Positions 39,502 through 54,059 of a DNA stretch of 64,000 bases are shown one piece after another. Made by a program: the position numbers and the translations under genes. Source of the stretch: Mizuhopecten yessoensis. Lineage: Eukaryota. Location: NCBI RefSeq assembly GCF_002113885.1, contig NW_018407656.1, positions 659,864 to 723,863 on the forward strand, written 5' to 3'. Numbering within the stretch: position 1 is the first letter of the stretch; each line of letters opens with the position of its first letter. The notes beneath the pieces are model-generated. The model saw only the letters and a list, made by a program, of their open reading frames with translations, was not told where the DNA came from and did not search any database.

Positions 39502-40466
39502 CCCTCCCTCTATACCTCCCCCCACCCTATTCCTCCCGTCTATACCTCCCCCTCCTCTCCCGTCTAACTTCCCCCACGCCCCCACTTCCCCCGTCTATAC
39601 CTCTCCCACCCCTTCCGTCTATACCTCCCCACGCCCCCACCTCCTCCCGTCTATACCTTTCCCATCCCTCCCGTCTATACCTACCCCTGCCCCCAACTCC
39701 TCCCGTCTATACCTCCCTTACCCCTCCCGTCTATACCTCCCCGACCCTCCCATCCATACCTCCCTTACCCCTCCCGTCTATACCCCCACCCGATCTGTCT
39801 ATACCTCCCCCACCTTTCCCGTCTATACCTTCCCACCCCTTCCGTATATACCTCCCTTACCCCTCCCGTCTATACCGCCCCACCCCTCCCGTCTATACCA
39901 CCCTACCCCACGCGTCTTTACCTCCCCCTCCAATTTATACCCTTCCCCTCCCTCTATACCTCCCCCACCCCTCCCGTTTATACCTCACTCCTCCAGTCTA
40001 TACCTCTCCCACCCCTTCCGTCTATACCTCCCCACGCCCCNNNNNNNNNNNNNNNNNNNNNNNNNNNNNNNNNNNNNNNNNNNNNNNNNNNNNNNNNNNN
40101 NNNNNNNNNNNNNNNNNNNNNNNNNNNNNNNNNNNNNNNNNNNNNNNNNNNNNNNNNNNNNNNNNNNNNNNNNNNNNNNNNNNNNNNNNNNNNNNNNNNN
40201 NNNNNNNNNNNNNNNNNNNNNNNNNNNNNNNNNNNNNNNNNNNNNNNNNNNNNNNNNNNNNNNNNNNNNNNNNNNNNNNNNNNNNNNNNNNNNNNNNNNN
40301 NNNNNNNNNNNNNNNNNNNNNCCCTCCCGTTTATACCCAACTCCTCCAGTCTATACCTCCCCCACCCCTCCCGTTTAGAGCACACCCCTCCAGTCTATAC
40401 CTCCCCCACTTTTCCCGTCTATACATCCACACCCCTCCCGTCTATACATCCACACCCCTCCCGTCT
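39502..40466 (+). repeat. C-rich minisatellite (cccctcccgtctatacctccccca-like, ~22-29 bp units) spanning an assembly gap
   Basis: Directly visible on both sides of the N run. Confidence 0.95.
40041..40321. other. Assembly gap (281 N)
   Basis: Run of N characters. Confidence 1.
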
Positions 40467-42249
40467 CCTCCTTCTGTTTTAATGTTGCGCCCCCTGACCA
40501 CATTAAAGCACACACTCGAATCCCTATTAAAACCTACGTTCACGTTTTACTTCCATAAACGTTCAAACGTCGCCACAGTTAGTGAGCAAAAATAAAAAAG
40601 CCGTTGAGAGTCACAATGGCAAGCCCTTTCCTATAAAACTAGACAGCCATTTGTCATAATAAAAATAAGGACCCTTGCGCGTTAACAATATCTTGGCATT
40701 TCGAGTCGATTCGCTGGGATTAACACGGACAGGTACATTTCGTATGTACAACGCTGACCCGTAAGTATCTACCATACTGTATGGAACTTCGTCTAATTGG
40801 GACGTATATAAAGACTTATTTCTCCGTCTGCATCCAACCTTTTTTTATTTACTGATATATACTGTTACATACCCGAAATGTAGTTAAAAGTGCCGGCCTT
40901 CTAAACTTACGACCTATCCTTAAAACCGAAACGTCACGTTACAATTGCTTGCGATAGACAAGTTAGCTTTCGAAAAAGAATAATATGAGGACACTTTACA
41001 ATGAAAAACTTAACTGTGTTGAAATTTCAATATCAAGTAAAAAAGTATTGTTCATTTAAAGAGTTTGATCTAGAATTAACTTTGTGTAATTAGTATATAG
41101 GTACATTGTATAGTTGAGACTTATGAAATTTGGTTGTGTTAAGTTTTGGAAATTTGGCACGCCTAGGACAATGCAGTCAGTTACAGTATAAAAAAACGCG
41201 CGGTCTGCTTTGTGCTGTCACTTCGCATTTATCCCGATAACTCCTAGGAGACGATTTCCTGAAATGTGCCTCTCACATTTTATGACCTATTCATGTATTT
41301 TATTTTCCGCACGACAAAGTGAAGATATAAATAAATGTAAATGAATTTGCTACTCTAGACCGTCAACAGATGAAGGAAATCCCGAGAATGTGCATTACAG
41401 CGACTATACTCTAAGGAATAATGCCTATTCACAATAAAAACATTAATACTAGTCTTGAAAAAAACTGAGAATTATGGATTTTACAATTCATGTAACAAAA
41501 AACAGTCGTTCTTATGTTTGATAGATACCTCAGCATACGTAATCCATCAGGTTTATGCTCAACATCATTTATCATTGTAGCTGCAAACCTCCTCGCGAAG
41601 GCATCTTGTGACAAAGTAGATTCGACAGTTCGTTAAATTCGTACAGAGAAGTGATATTTAAAGACTTTGTGCAATAATAGATATTGGTTATATTAAGGTC
41701 GAGTTCTGTTCGTTTCTTTTCGTGTTTTTATCTTGATCCGATATTTCCTAAATCCATGAGTACGGCAACACTGCGCCCCCTTGCAATTATATGCAGGACT
41801 ATGAATGTTTATGGCCAATTATAATCAAAATTTTGTTATGATAAAAGTTATTGCCATCACCTTATGGAGAAGAAATTGGGATCAATTGAAACCTCGCATT
41901 AAGAATAAACGAGCTTCCGATGAACCAAACATTGGCGACAATCTAAAACATGAAATACGTCGTTTAATTAGTCGGCTTGGGAGTCGTATGACTATGACAA
42001 AATGTCACTTCTGTAATTTTTAGATTTTATCGCATTCCGAATCTGATTTAAATGAAAGTGGCGACATCTAAATAGTTTTTAAAACCAGATACGTCACTGA
42101 ATAGACAAGCTTTTGATAAAGACTCCAAACCCTATTACTTCTGAATGCAGGTCTTGGAAAGTTATTATCATGTTAAACTTAATGAATACAAGTTTATATA
42201 AGTTAATAAAAGTTGTGAACCTTTTTAGGGAAAACCACGACAGGATAAC

Positions 42250-42510
42250 ACCAAAAACTACGCAAAGCAATAACAAAGGAGATATTTACATGAAGACCAT
42301 AGAAAAAGTACACTCAAGGCGTTCCGGAAGGGTGAGCGTTTCATGCTTCATCGACGCCAATCGCCATATAAATCCAGGTCAAATCCGAATAATGCACATC
42401 TTCAAAGAAAGAACCAGGGTGGAAATAACGAATCATCATGCATATTTATACAATAATACTCAAGAAAGAATAGCATACTCCCCAATTGGGTCATGAAGGG
42501 TTACAACATT
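42250..42510 (-). mobile_element. 3' fragment of the same retroelement family as 12250-12740, copy 2, without the minisatellite
   Basis: The reverse complement ggatttgacctggatttatatgg...aacgctcacccttccggaa...tgtactttttc...cctttgtt is collinear with copy 1. Confidence 0.65.
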
Positions 42511-44587
42511 TTGAAGGTATTTCAAGTAATGTTGCAGAAAAAACATAAGAGTTAAATAAATAACGTGACTAGTGGCCCGATGGATAAAATTCCTGTATAA
42601 CTTTAATTAAAAATTAAAATTCCTGTTTTATAATTTATAGGTCAAATGATCAGATCCGAAAGGTGAAATTGTTTTTTGTGAAGAATAAGTTATAGTAAAT
42701 TAGTGTCTCTGTTTCATATAGCTCGTTGTTACAGTAAGGGACAAGCAACCTCAAGAAAAGAAAAAAGAAAAAAAAAAATATTGGAGCTCTTCTATGTTGG
42801 AGTAATAACACAGAGCACGGAAACTCACTACCTTAACATGTCTGGTGTAGATGGTCGCTTGATCGAAGTAATTAAACCATCGTCTAAGCCACTCTTCTTC
42901 TGCTTTCTAAAGTACACTGGCCGACAAAAACACGTGCTTGGGTTCTATTCAGCGAACTAAGCTGAAGTGAATAGGATTGGTCACAAGAATGTTCGCAGCT
43001 TAACATAATGTGTTTTCTAGAGAGATGAGACAGGTAAAGTTGTGTATAAGCATGATTTCTTTCTTTTGTACAAAAAAAATACAGATACGTGATACGCTAT
43101 TACTGAGTGTGAAAAATACAAAAGAAATAACGAATTTAGGGCAATATATAAAACTTGCAAAGAACCCAATTTTTATAAAAAAAAAATAGCTTAGTTGCAC
43201 TGTATGAGTGAAGTTGGTCAACTATAAATGTAGATACATTTGTAATTGTGTCAGTGTTTGTTTATTAAACAAATATATTTATGCATTTGCTTACTAGGGT
43301 CAGATTGTAAGTAAAAGCATAACAATATGTTCGGGAAAGAAATCGGCACATTAACAGACCCGTTGCTGCCTCTTCATAGAAGATACCTACAAAATGGTAG
43401 GAATACAGCATTTGAGATTTTAAAAAACTCGACAAGTCAAAAACAGAACTGACTTATTTTTTTGTCTTTTCAAAGGACACAGATGGGTATAAAGCGGTAT
43501 TATTGGTTCCGACTTTTCCATACATTTTATACACAATACATATAGACGCCATTTCACGGGCGAATTAGGGATTTATGCAAGCTTTCCTCCAGACGACCTT
43601 TTCTCAAGTATTTGATTTTGTCTGTAATCGGCTGTTAAACTGGTAAGTAGACATATTTAGCACCTGTGTCTGTCTCCCGCTGTCGGCAGGTACGGTATAT
43701 CACCATGGTAAAGTCTACATGGGTTGTAGTTTATACGTCTATGTATATTTAAATCATTAATAGTCATCATTTTCTCCCATCCTTAAATGGTTTGACTATG
43801 GTAGCTCTGTCCACCCCATCGGCATGACAAGCTACACACGCTCATGACGTCAAATTGAAATCAATTTAATGGCATCATTTTATTTAGCTAAAGTTGTAGA
43901 TTTTTTTAACCTCCTCAGGAATGGAAATGACTGTATACTGCTAGGGAAGATAAGTTCATTTTACGGGAGGCACACCTGTGAAGCGCGGGGAATCCATAAT
44001 CTTATAAAAGTTTGAGATTCTGTTGATCTCGTGCGTCATCAGATCACTTAACAGGTATTAAGTATTACATACATTTTCATTATGTCATCCATGCAAGTGT
44101 GTGATGATCTACATGTAGCAGCATTAAACAGTCCTGACCTTTATTAATCTAGCCGAATTAACTGTACAGTCAATAAAACTTGTTTTAACTCGTGGGTTTT
44201 GCAACCATCAACATTCAAGAGGACCGTACAGAATTACGTAACATTTGATGGTTTACAATTGCAAGAGGCATATTTCCTAACATGGATATATTCTACACTT
44301 CTTTTAATATGCAAAAATGGCTGCATTTGTTCGTTTTTCATGATTTTATTTTTGAATGGCGGTTCGAGCTTATTGCTCGGAGCACTTAACAGCGGGTAAT
44401 AAAGGCTATGTAAAAAAGTTGGCATTTCAATGATGTTCAATGATGTTTCATACTTGTATTTCACAATGCCATAGCTTTCTTTACTTTTATTAGCGATGTT
44501 AAAGAATCCGTGGTGACCTTGAGGACAGACTTGTGCTTTATATTGAGAAAGCATCAATCAAAAATGTATTCCTCAACTTAACGAGAT

Positions 44588-44680
44588 ACATTGAAAACTG
44601 TCTAAACTGAACACCACGTGGACACCACACCCTTCTTCGGAATAGACAGGTTCGCTTTAACTGCATTCATTGGTTTGATT
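44588..44680 (+). mobile_element. Tc1/mariner-type MITE fragment
   Basis: tacattgaaaactgtctaaactgaacac...ttcggaatagacagg resembles recalled bivalve MITEs beginning cagtgaaacctgtctaaaccg. Confidence 0.35.
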
Positions 44681-46540
44681 AAAGCCTGTCGTTTAGGAAA
44701 ATTATATCGGTATGTTTATTATCAAGGTCTACAATGTTTTGCAATTTGGATAATCGAACCAGTAATCACGATATCCGGATTTTCAAATCATGGTAATCCG
44801 GATTAAAAAATGTTTTATCCGGATTAGTTATGTTCTAATACAAGGATATGACAGACTATTGTGATCGTAAATAGATGTAATCGGGGAGAAGTGGTATTTC
44901 ATATGTACAATGTACTTAATAGATAGATAAATTTTCTTCATTTAGATAAATACATTGAAGCGATAATATATCGCTAGCTACTGTTTGTGCAATAAATATT
45001 TTTATCGAGATATATTTCGCTCCTGTGGTTCTATGCAGAACTATAGGTCTGTGTAATAGCTTTCTTCTATGCGTAGTGATGCATCCGGCCATATTTCAGT
45101 ATAACCAGCATCCTTGAAACATAATAACATTCTCTTTCAAGTCTCCGTATACACAATCTCCATTGTAATAAAGAGAGGCGCATTCGGGCGGGAAAACGGA
45201 TATTCACTAAACCGAATCTGCTCAGTACATTTGAAAATGCTAATAAATCTAGTCGATAACATCTCCCAGATGTGACCAAATCGACCCTTAGGTCTTTTTA
45301 AGGCCATTCGGTCCATTGTCGGGGCCAGACGAGAGCCCACATTGTTCACACAATAATCTTATCTGAAAGACCATTCTTCTGTTTCCAGTCAATGCATGTT
45401 TAATACACTGGAAGCCAAGTATTTCAAGCGTTGACAAGACCCAGACGCTCAATGTTTCTGATCGTCTGTGATATCTGGACGCTTGTCACAAATGAAAGGT
45501 GAGATATCGATGGATTTGTAACCAAAGCAACACAATCCAGCATTACTATTTTTTTCTATCGCGCTATGAAATAATAACATGCACATGTACTTGAGAGGGA
45601 TTATCTTTCTAACGTACTCGTAAACGAAACTCCGAGTATTCCGTTTTTATTTCCGGAATCCAATATTTCTTCATCATTGCTTTTCTACCGTTTGCTGTCT
45701 TTAATCGCGACACTACCTAAGTATCTGACGTATTTTAGGAAAGATGTCACGACACAGCGATTAACAACGCCAGGTTCACATGCCTCTAGATCCAGGGTCT
45801 GTCTCGGTAGGAATAATCACCCGGGTCAAAAAGGCCCTAGGTCTTTGCACCTTGCTTTCCAGGCGTGCTGCGGACGTATAGATCAACTGTTCCGGAAGTC
45901 TTGAGCCCAGTCAACTTGACTCAAGTGTTTATCCCGACAATGAAGCATTTTTTAAATGATCCAAAATCACGTGTGTCTGTCACTATGGTTTATTTGCACT
46001 AACAAAGAAAGGTACTGGTTTTGTTTAGGTCGAATTGTCCGGCTTTGACCTAAATGTGTTTCACTTACTCTTTAAGTTCAGAGCCACACAAGTTAGGAGG
46101 TACGTCGATATGCACCTACGACCGTCTGGGGATGACATATGTCCTATTCAGGTTACCAGAACTATTGTTTTAAGTAATGTGTCATATTAACAAATTATAA
46201 ACAACCCTTACCGCTGTATGTATAGTCAGGATCCAAAACAAGTCATGCTTAGTAGGAACCTGTAATCCATATTTAGCCGTTCATGTTTTCCCCTGATCAT
46301 TCCCCAAATCATTTCTTTAATTGACCATCAGCTAAGGTATCTTTTAAAAATCACTACAATTAATTAGCATGTACCTCACTGGGATAAACTTCGTAGTATT
46401 TTGTCATGGGAAATTAGTCTTTATTTGAGCTTTTCTCGGTGAAAATGTGCCAGGATTTCGTATGTTGTTGTCTTGGTTTAAGGTGATATTGCATAGTAAC
46501 GTACATATGAGGAATGTGATTAACCCAAACTCTGCCCAAT

Positions 46541-46690
46541 TGACCGAAGGACAAATATTCTGAAGGCCCGATTGTCTGAATACCCGACTGTCAAAAGGCC
46601 CAGTTAACCGAACGATCCATAGTCCGAAGGACCAGTAAGATCAGAATTGAAAAAGACCCGATTTTACGAAGATGAAGTATTCCGAAATGT
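46541..46690 (+). repeat. Decayed ~16-bp ccgaagg-type repeats, probably subterminal repeats of a DNA transposon
   Basis: ccgaagg, ctgaagg, ccgaac and ccgaaa variants at short spacing. Confidence 0.45.
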
Positions 46691-48479
46691 TCAACCAATC
46701 CCTAAAGCGATTTCTTCCTCCAGTTGAAACTGTATTCAATCTGGTAACAGAAGGTATCATTTGGGCCCCTCTTCCCTATAAAACTCCAGAACATATAGGT
46801 TTAATTGTCTTTATTGTAGTATTCGATTATTCAGTAACGAAATATCAATTTTTAAGACCATTAAATCCCGTCTAGACGTACAGTTGTACATAACATGATT
46901 ATGTAATATACTAGATCCATTATTACCTTTTGTTGCGTCCAGAAAGAAACTCACCAATACTTTACTAACAGATGGTCTATTGTATAGGTATGCAGTAAAC
47001 TAAAACCTTCGATCACATATATACAATTTATAAACTAAACAGTAAGATCCATATGTGATGCGAAGATGACGTCATGTCGAGACAGACAAAGAGACAATAA
47101 CGGAGAATCTCAGCAGACTTACAATAATACTCCAGCACGAGACACGATACTTGATGCTTCGGTTTTATTGCATGCCTTATGGTTCTTGCGACTTCGACAG
47201 CGGTCATAACTCAAGAGAAAGAGTAAGTATACGTTCAATTTTTCAACTTAAGCACGACATATTACCTGCAAAGTCCACCCCCCATAAAAATGCACGACGA
47301 TCTGATCACAAATTCTAACACTTTGCATAAGTTAAAAAAAATGATTTACAGTAAATAGTGATATATGCATTCAGTGAATTGATACTTCAACCATTTTGTT
47401 TTCAACATTGACGTGATCGATATTTGGTTTATAAAACACACAGTTTTGTTACCAGGGTGCGCACGCGCAATTGGCAGCCTCATCCATTTTCTCTAGTTGC
47501 ATCCATCTTTGTCTATCACCTTGTTCGTGGCATATACGCATACACAACGCATGTAGCTTCTGACAACTAAAAAGTTACAATGAATTAAAAGATAGACTGT
47601 GTATCAATAAGAGATTTAGCGACACGTTTAATGTTGAAGTTTAAAAATTCCACTTAAATATAAACTGTACATGTAGGTATTAAAAAATAGTTAAAAATAA
47701 AATTATTTGAAGGAAAAATAAAAAATAAACGATTTTCAAATTAATCTAACAATGCTTTGGGAAATCTGACTGTAAACAATCCACATTATATGTACTTAGC
47801 TATACTGCAGTTTAGCAGAATAAAAAGAGAATTTAACAAAATCAACTCGAGTTTCGCTCCATTCGATGCTTAGTTTACATAGAGAAAGATTAAGTTAGTT
47901 CTCAGTGAATTTAGTTTGATCTGATTTGGAGGCTGTATCGATGACATGTAGACAACACTGAAATACTGTAACCCAGTATACATTGGTTGTTTAAAGCGTC
48001 GCATATCAGTGTTACTCAAAACAGATACAAATCGGTTCAGTGACAAACGTAGTTTAGCAGATACATGTACGTGTACATTATACAATACCAAAATAGACGC
48101 TACAATGTACTTTGAATACAGAATACAGACATCGCCGTTATTATTGATTGTTTCATTTAATAAATTATGAAATATCACAATATTCCTGGAATGAAGATTG
48201 TTTAGTCTAAATTTCGCAGGGTATTCATTGCCGCATTAAGATATTGTAACCACCCGACAGACGACAACGACACCATGTAGGTGGTTTTTCGTTTTTAAGT
48301 AAATTGGTCACAGAGTTACAGTAGTATTCAATTCAAACGCTAAAGAAGACAGAGGAGTACCGAGATGTATCCCGATCACTTTCGACAACTTTATATTATA
48401 CCCCAGTACACATCTTCCCGTGAAAGTGACGTCATTGGACTGATGTATGTACCAATTAAGTTATCAAAGATTGTGATGG

Positions 48480-48697
48480 ATTCCTTCGGCATGATATTAC
48501 AGTGAGGTAGCACTATAAAGTCGTCATCAGATCCGCGCTATCACGAGAAGGGTATTACACCAACATACCCTGTCTCCGGCACACATACACACATGCACGC
48601 AAACACAACACACACGGAGGCACGTCCTTGAATGACCTTAGTTGTGGGTAGGATGTTTAACCCTGTACAACCCACACACCAACTAACTAACAACCGA
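48480..48697 (+). mobile_element. 5'-truncated bivalve SINE (MetaSINE/MESC-like body and tail)
   Basis: cttcggcatgatattacagtgaggtagcactataaag body, CA-rich linker, cacgtccttgaatgaccttagttgtgggtaggatgtttaa 3' block and aact/aacc tail. Similarity is to a recalled consensus. The tRNA head is absent. Confidence 0.6.
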
Positions 48698-49770
48698 AAC
48701 TTTGTTTGGTAACGAAAACACGGATGTTTGGGAATGTCATTAAAAGAACCCCGCCCCGAAAAAGAAATTCGTTTCTGAAAATGTCAGTAGTAATGGATGG
48801 CAATTGGATGCACCGAATATTTCAACGTATCCCTTACCAAATTAATCGTTTATCTCAAGCTAGTCCAAACTAGACCACACTGTAATTGATTTTGCTTTCC
48901 AAACTATATGTATTTCCATTAAAGAGGATATTTCATTTCATATCAGAGTCTTCAAGTGCAATAACTTATGTTATATTTACATTTACAAAACATGTGACAT
49001 ATGACCATTGTTACAGGTACATGTACCATAGATGACTGAAGGACGCGACAAGGCGTGGTTTTAGGTCTTTATCACTTTGAGCAGGTACACAGGAGTATGA
49101 CAATCACTTCTTGAAACTAAAATGGTTAAATGACTTAACATGAGGATTTCATTGTCCCCGAGGTTTGTCGTAATCAACCGCTACTCCTCTATTTGTTTAA
49201 CTTCATATAAATACAGAATGTCCACACCTCTTCTTCCACTTTTTTTGACCCCAAGCATCCTTAATGTGTGATAGAAGGACAAAACAGCTGTATGATACAG
49301 TTTATTTATTTTTTGGCAAACTGTATCTATTGCCAAATTTAACATGTGTATCTTACGTTCATTTCTATTTTGAACATGAAACGACAATTTCTTGGAAAAA
49401 GATCCGTGTTCTGCTAAAGTATACCATATGACATGTATGCCGTCTTCCTTGACTACGGGTTTGACGGGCAATATACATTTTGAAGGCTCTCGGGGAAAGC
49501 TGTGTGACGCGAAAAGTTGTAAACCTATTTTATAGCGTGCACGTGTGCTTTCCTTTTAATGTTGTCGTCAGCTATAGCGTCAACAGCCGGTTCACAAGGA
49601 AAACTAAGTTCATGGAAGAAAGGAGAGTAGGACAATTACGACATAACGTTTGAATTGAACTATTTATCAATCAATTTCTAAACAAAGAATATAGTTGTAT
49701 ATTTCAATAGTTCATTGACAACCATACAAGAAAATCTATAGCCATATGATGAACGTATTCTATTATTACA

Positions 49771-49860
49771 ACCCTCGGGAAGAGTGGTGTTGTCTGAGGA
49801 AGCAAAGTTACCTCGCCTGAAGGCTCGGGCACTATACCTAAATAGACAATTCCCCAACTG
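49771..49860 (-). repeat. Decayed Crypton-like hairpin core
   Basis: Centre cctcgcctgaaggctcggg, flanked by ttgtct and agacaa. Confidence 0.35.
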
Positions 49861-51099
49861 AAAAACATGTCTCTCAGAAATGAACTACATGTATAATAGG
49901 TTTAAACAATTAATAGCTGCTTGCGTTAGCTTATGCTTTACTGTAATGCTGTTCTTGTTGTGGCTTGTCATTGAATATAACAGCATTCGAACTATTTTAT
50001 CATTCCCGTGTGATTGAATTTCTGATCATATTATATAAAGTAAGCTAGATTCAAAAGTCTCTATATAACTCGAAAGAGATAAAAGTTTCGTTCATTTTAG
50101 ATTTCGTATTTTCATTTTATTAAGTTTCTATTTGCTCCAAACCTAGATTATTTGTTTGGTGCTAGCGTCAATATCTTGCCCTGCTAAAAAGACATGATGT
50201 GCAAAGAATACAACGTAATCATAGATGAAGACAGGATAATTATAACCAAACGGAATGCTCCGTTAAATGGATATTTTCAATTTGATAGACGCTCCAGTGT
50301 ATGGGGCATCAGTATCGGGATTGTGGCTTAAAAAGAGATCTGCTTCGCGCTGACACAAATTATACAGAGAAGAGTTCCAATTCCGGTGATGGACTTCCTG
50401 TAGAAGCGAAGAGATGACAATAACGGGTTTTGGGATATTCCTACAATCAAAGCCTATTGTTACCAAATACAGCACATCTTCTCCACACGACGCAATGTCT
50501 TCTGATTGTTGAGCACAATGTTTCTACACTTATTTTAAGAAATACCTTTCTGCTAAATTACACCAATGACCTTATTAGGCGAACAACTGGTTAATTAATG
50601 AGATAAATTCGAAAGGCGGGTCATTTTAAATTTACAAAGCCCAGTCAGTTTTTATAAACTCATGTATATGACAGAGCCACGTCAGATCATCATCAATAGG
50701 TTATGGTCTTATTACGTTTTTTGTTGGTTTTCAAACCTAAAAACCGGAAGCGGAACTTATTGCAAATTCTCTAATGCGCATGCCATGTATGTGTCGAGCA
50801 GAATTATAAGGCCGTATTATAAGCTAGCTAATAGGACGCACATAAAGCAGATCATCGTCGATATTGAAGAGCTACGCTCAGAGAACGATAGTGAGCGTAA
50901 CCCTTGGATTATAGGGGATGTAAGCATACCTAAACCTTAATATTGAAGAGAGCAGATAATATCTCAGCTAAAATAAGTTGTTAAAGAAAACAAATCAAAC
51001 ACAAATATCTGAGCTATGCATATGAATTCTTACAATTCTTTGAAACGTTGCTTTGGTAGTCTGACGGAATATTTCACATACATATAACATGAAACTGCT

Positions 51100-51577
51100 A
51101 CATTGTACCTACTGACCCGTCTACTGAGCCCTTGAACATTGTACCTATTGATCCGTCTACTGAGCCCTTGAACATTGTACCTACTGACCCGTCTACCGAG
51201 CCCTTGCACATTGTACTTACTGACCCGTCTACTGAGCCCTTGGACATTGTACCTACTGACCCGTCTACTGAGCCCTTGAACATTGTACCTATTGATCCGT
51301 CTACTGAGCCCTTGAACATTGTACCTACTGACCCGTCTACCGAGCCCTTGAACACTGTACCTACTTACCCGTCTACTGAGCCCTTGAACATTGTACCTAC
51401 TGACCCGTCTACTTAGCCCTTGAACATTGTACCTTCTTACCCGTCTACCGAGCCCTTGAACACTGTACCTACTTACCCGTCTACTGAGCCCTTGAACATT
51501 GTACCTACTAACCCGTCTACTGAGCCCTTGAACATTGTTCCTACTGACCCGTCTACTGAGCCCTTGAACATTGTACC
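51100..51577 (+). repeat. 36-bp minisatellite (acattgtacctactgacccgtctactgagcccttga), 13.3 copies
   Basis: Directly visible. It is the source of the NIVPTDPSTEPL and MFKGSVDGSVGT ORFs. Confidence 0.98.
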
Positions 51578-53044
51578 CGGACTAATATCCCGATTCGATT
51601 AATATTGATTGCTACAGTTGCAACGGATCCCAATGACGTCACATTGTTGACGTCGTCAGCAGTTCGAGGTTCTTTGCTTGGTGACTTGTCAACCTTTGTG
51701 AATAAGTCTAATTTTCAATAGCATTGCCGTAGATCTACGATCAAAGTAATTTGATTACTTTTATATGGTAATTTAACTACTTTCCAGCAATATCCGATAC
51801 CTGTAAAATCTTTCTAGAATTCAATAATAAACCCCATATTTGCCAGAAAATATCTTGAATCTGACTCGTAGATTAATTATCCACCAGTGGTCATAGTAAA
51901 AATGAGGACGATTCGCTTTCAGAACCACTTTATAGTTATCGGTCATTTATTCATTCATTAAAAACTAAAAAGATACATTTAAACAGTGATTTTTGCGATT
52001 GTTTATGAAATAATACCTAGCAGTTTTGCATTATTTATATCTTCATTCATTCATTCAACCATGAAAATATGGAAAATAAAATCACACATAAGAAGTACTT
52101 TTTATTGAAATATTGAACGGATTATTCCATATTCTGGTCCTGTGGAAGACAATCGCGAAATACAAACGGGTTTTTACTAAAACATGAACATTGTGAATTG
52201 CATGACATATATATTCTTAAGTAAATGTACCCAAATTGTATCACAAAATGATGGTTTCAAGGTTATAATTGGGGTGTACTTGGTTGTCCTTGGTAATGGT
52301 TGGATGGATCAATAGATTGATAAATGGGTGGATAAATTGGTGCATAGAGTTGGTTTTGGCAAACAAAAGAAAACCAGGAAACTACTCCATATTGAATTTA
52401 CTTATCGTTCTGATCGTTGACCCAATGAAATGATATATTATAGTGAGTTAGATCACCTTGAACATGGTTTTTTTTCTTATTAGCATTTTTTAGATATTCG
52501 AACTAAAATAAAAACAACTAAAGGTTCTTAAGTAATAGGACGATGTCATTAAGGTTGAAAAAGTTCCTACTTTAAATTAAGATGCGAATACTATTTTTGA
52601 ACGCTCTTTTATATATGTTGAAAAATTGGCACCAGGAATTCATGATTAAAAGTAAAACTATATATCGTAGATTAGCAAACGGTATGATGGGTGACAAAAA
52701 AATACTAACAATTGTGAAAATTGCCTGCATTCAGATAAAGAGATTGTTTTCCTTCATACGCGCAAGTGCAATGTATATACTATTTTTAAGTAGATTAAAC
52801 AAATTTATCATTACTTATTGAAAATATGATACACTGTAAAAATTCGATAATTGGTTCATTCAACACCGTTCTTTCCTTCACCCATGTTACAGATATGTCA
52901 ACAACAAACAAAAAACAAAAATCTTCGAAATTTTGTTTCAAACCGGAAATTGGGGCATTGAATTTTATCCCGAACGTCACCATAAACCCATAAACGTACA
53001 GAGGGTGAGCATTCCTTTAAATCCGTTAAACAGAACAGAAGTTT

Positions 53045-53300
53045 TTGAGCAATGAAATTTTTCCGAAATTTTGGACAAATTTCGGAAAATTGGAAATTAG
53101 GTCACAGCGACAATGTTTTGTTACCAACCAGAAAATTTTGACTCCAAACATTGTGCCTTATGCAAATAAACATTCATCTAAAGTTTCTTTAAAATCCACC
53201 AAGTATTTAAAAAAACAACCGTGCCAGACAATATTTTGGTGGAAGAATCGTGAAAACAGAGTAAAACTAGCAAGTCTCACACTTTATTTGGGGACTTAAT
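53045..53300 (-). mobile_element. 5' end of a second HINE-like element (truncated)
   Basis: The minus strand begins attaagtccccaaataaagtgtgagactt, a subTIR-plus-inverted-copy hairpin. No 3' end was found. Confidence 0.4.
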
Positions 53301-54059
53301 TATGAAATTAACACACGGTTATTCTAGCAATAAACACAAGGTTGATCAAATCAATTGCTAATGAAATAAAGATTAAAACAAACTCATTTTTCATCACAAT
53401 TAATTAAACATATCTTTGGTTAAAGTTTTGATTACATAATTACATATTTATCCAGTGTCGGATTTTGAAGTCAATTTCACTCTGTTTTCAATACGCTTCC
53501 AAATTCCTTCCAAGAGGACAGGAAGTCAACCGTTGGAACATTGCTTCAGTTTACGGCGATATAAAATGTATCCTGAACTATCTGACATGTATTTCATACA
53601 TTTAGCACTCCGTTTAATTGCCTAAAAAGGTAAAGGTTTAACAAAATGTATTTAAATCGATGCCAACTGGTATTTTCTTTTTTATATTTCAGATTCGACT
53701 TATTCCAACTATCTTTTATTTTTTAATAGAAGATACATTTTTGCATGTTTTTCAAGTAATAAACATAAAACTGGAATATGCTTTGGGACGTTTGTATGGT
53801 TATATCAGTTTAAAAGCAAATAATATGATAAAGCACAAAGTTGTAACTTGAAAGGGTTTAAATCTCATATTCTCCCTTTTTCTGTAGTTCCATATATGTT
53901 TCAGAACACGTCACACCCGGATTTCGATTACTTTGTCATAAATCAGAAATGTACAAAATGGTCATTTGTTCGAGTAAATTTTAACTTTGACTTTCATCAT
54001 CTTTTCACAATTTTTTAATGGGTGTTTCCTTACAAAAAAAAATATTTTCTTAATATATT

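Noticed and set aside
39978-40385. 135-aa ORF
   Set aside because: It is mostly N gap and minisatellite.
42571-42590. tRNA A-box-like gtggcccgatggataa
   Set aside because: No B-box or cloverleaf follows.
51098-51602. Mucin-like repeat protein
   Set aside because: It is a by-product of the 36-bp array, has an internal stop, and has no supported exon boundaries.
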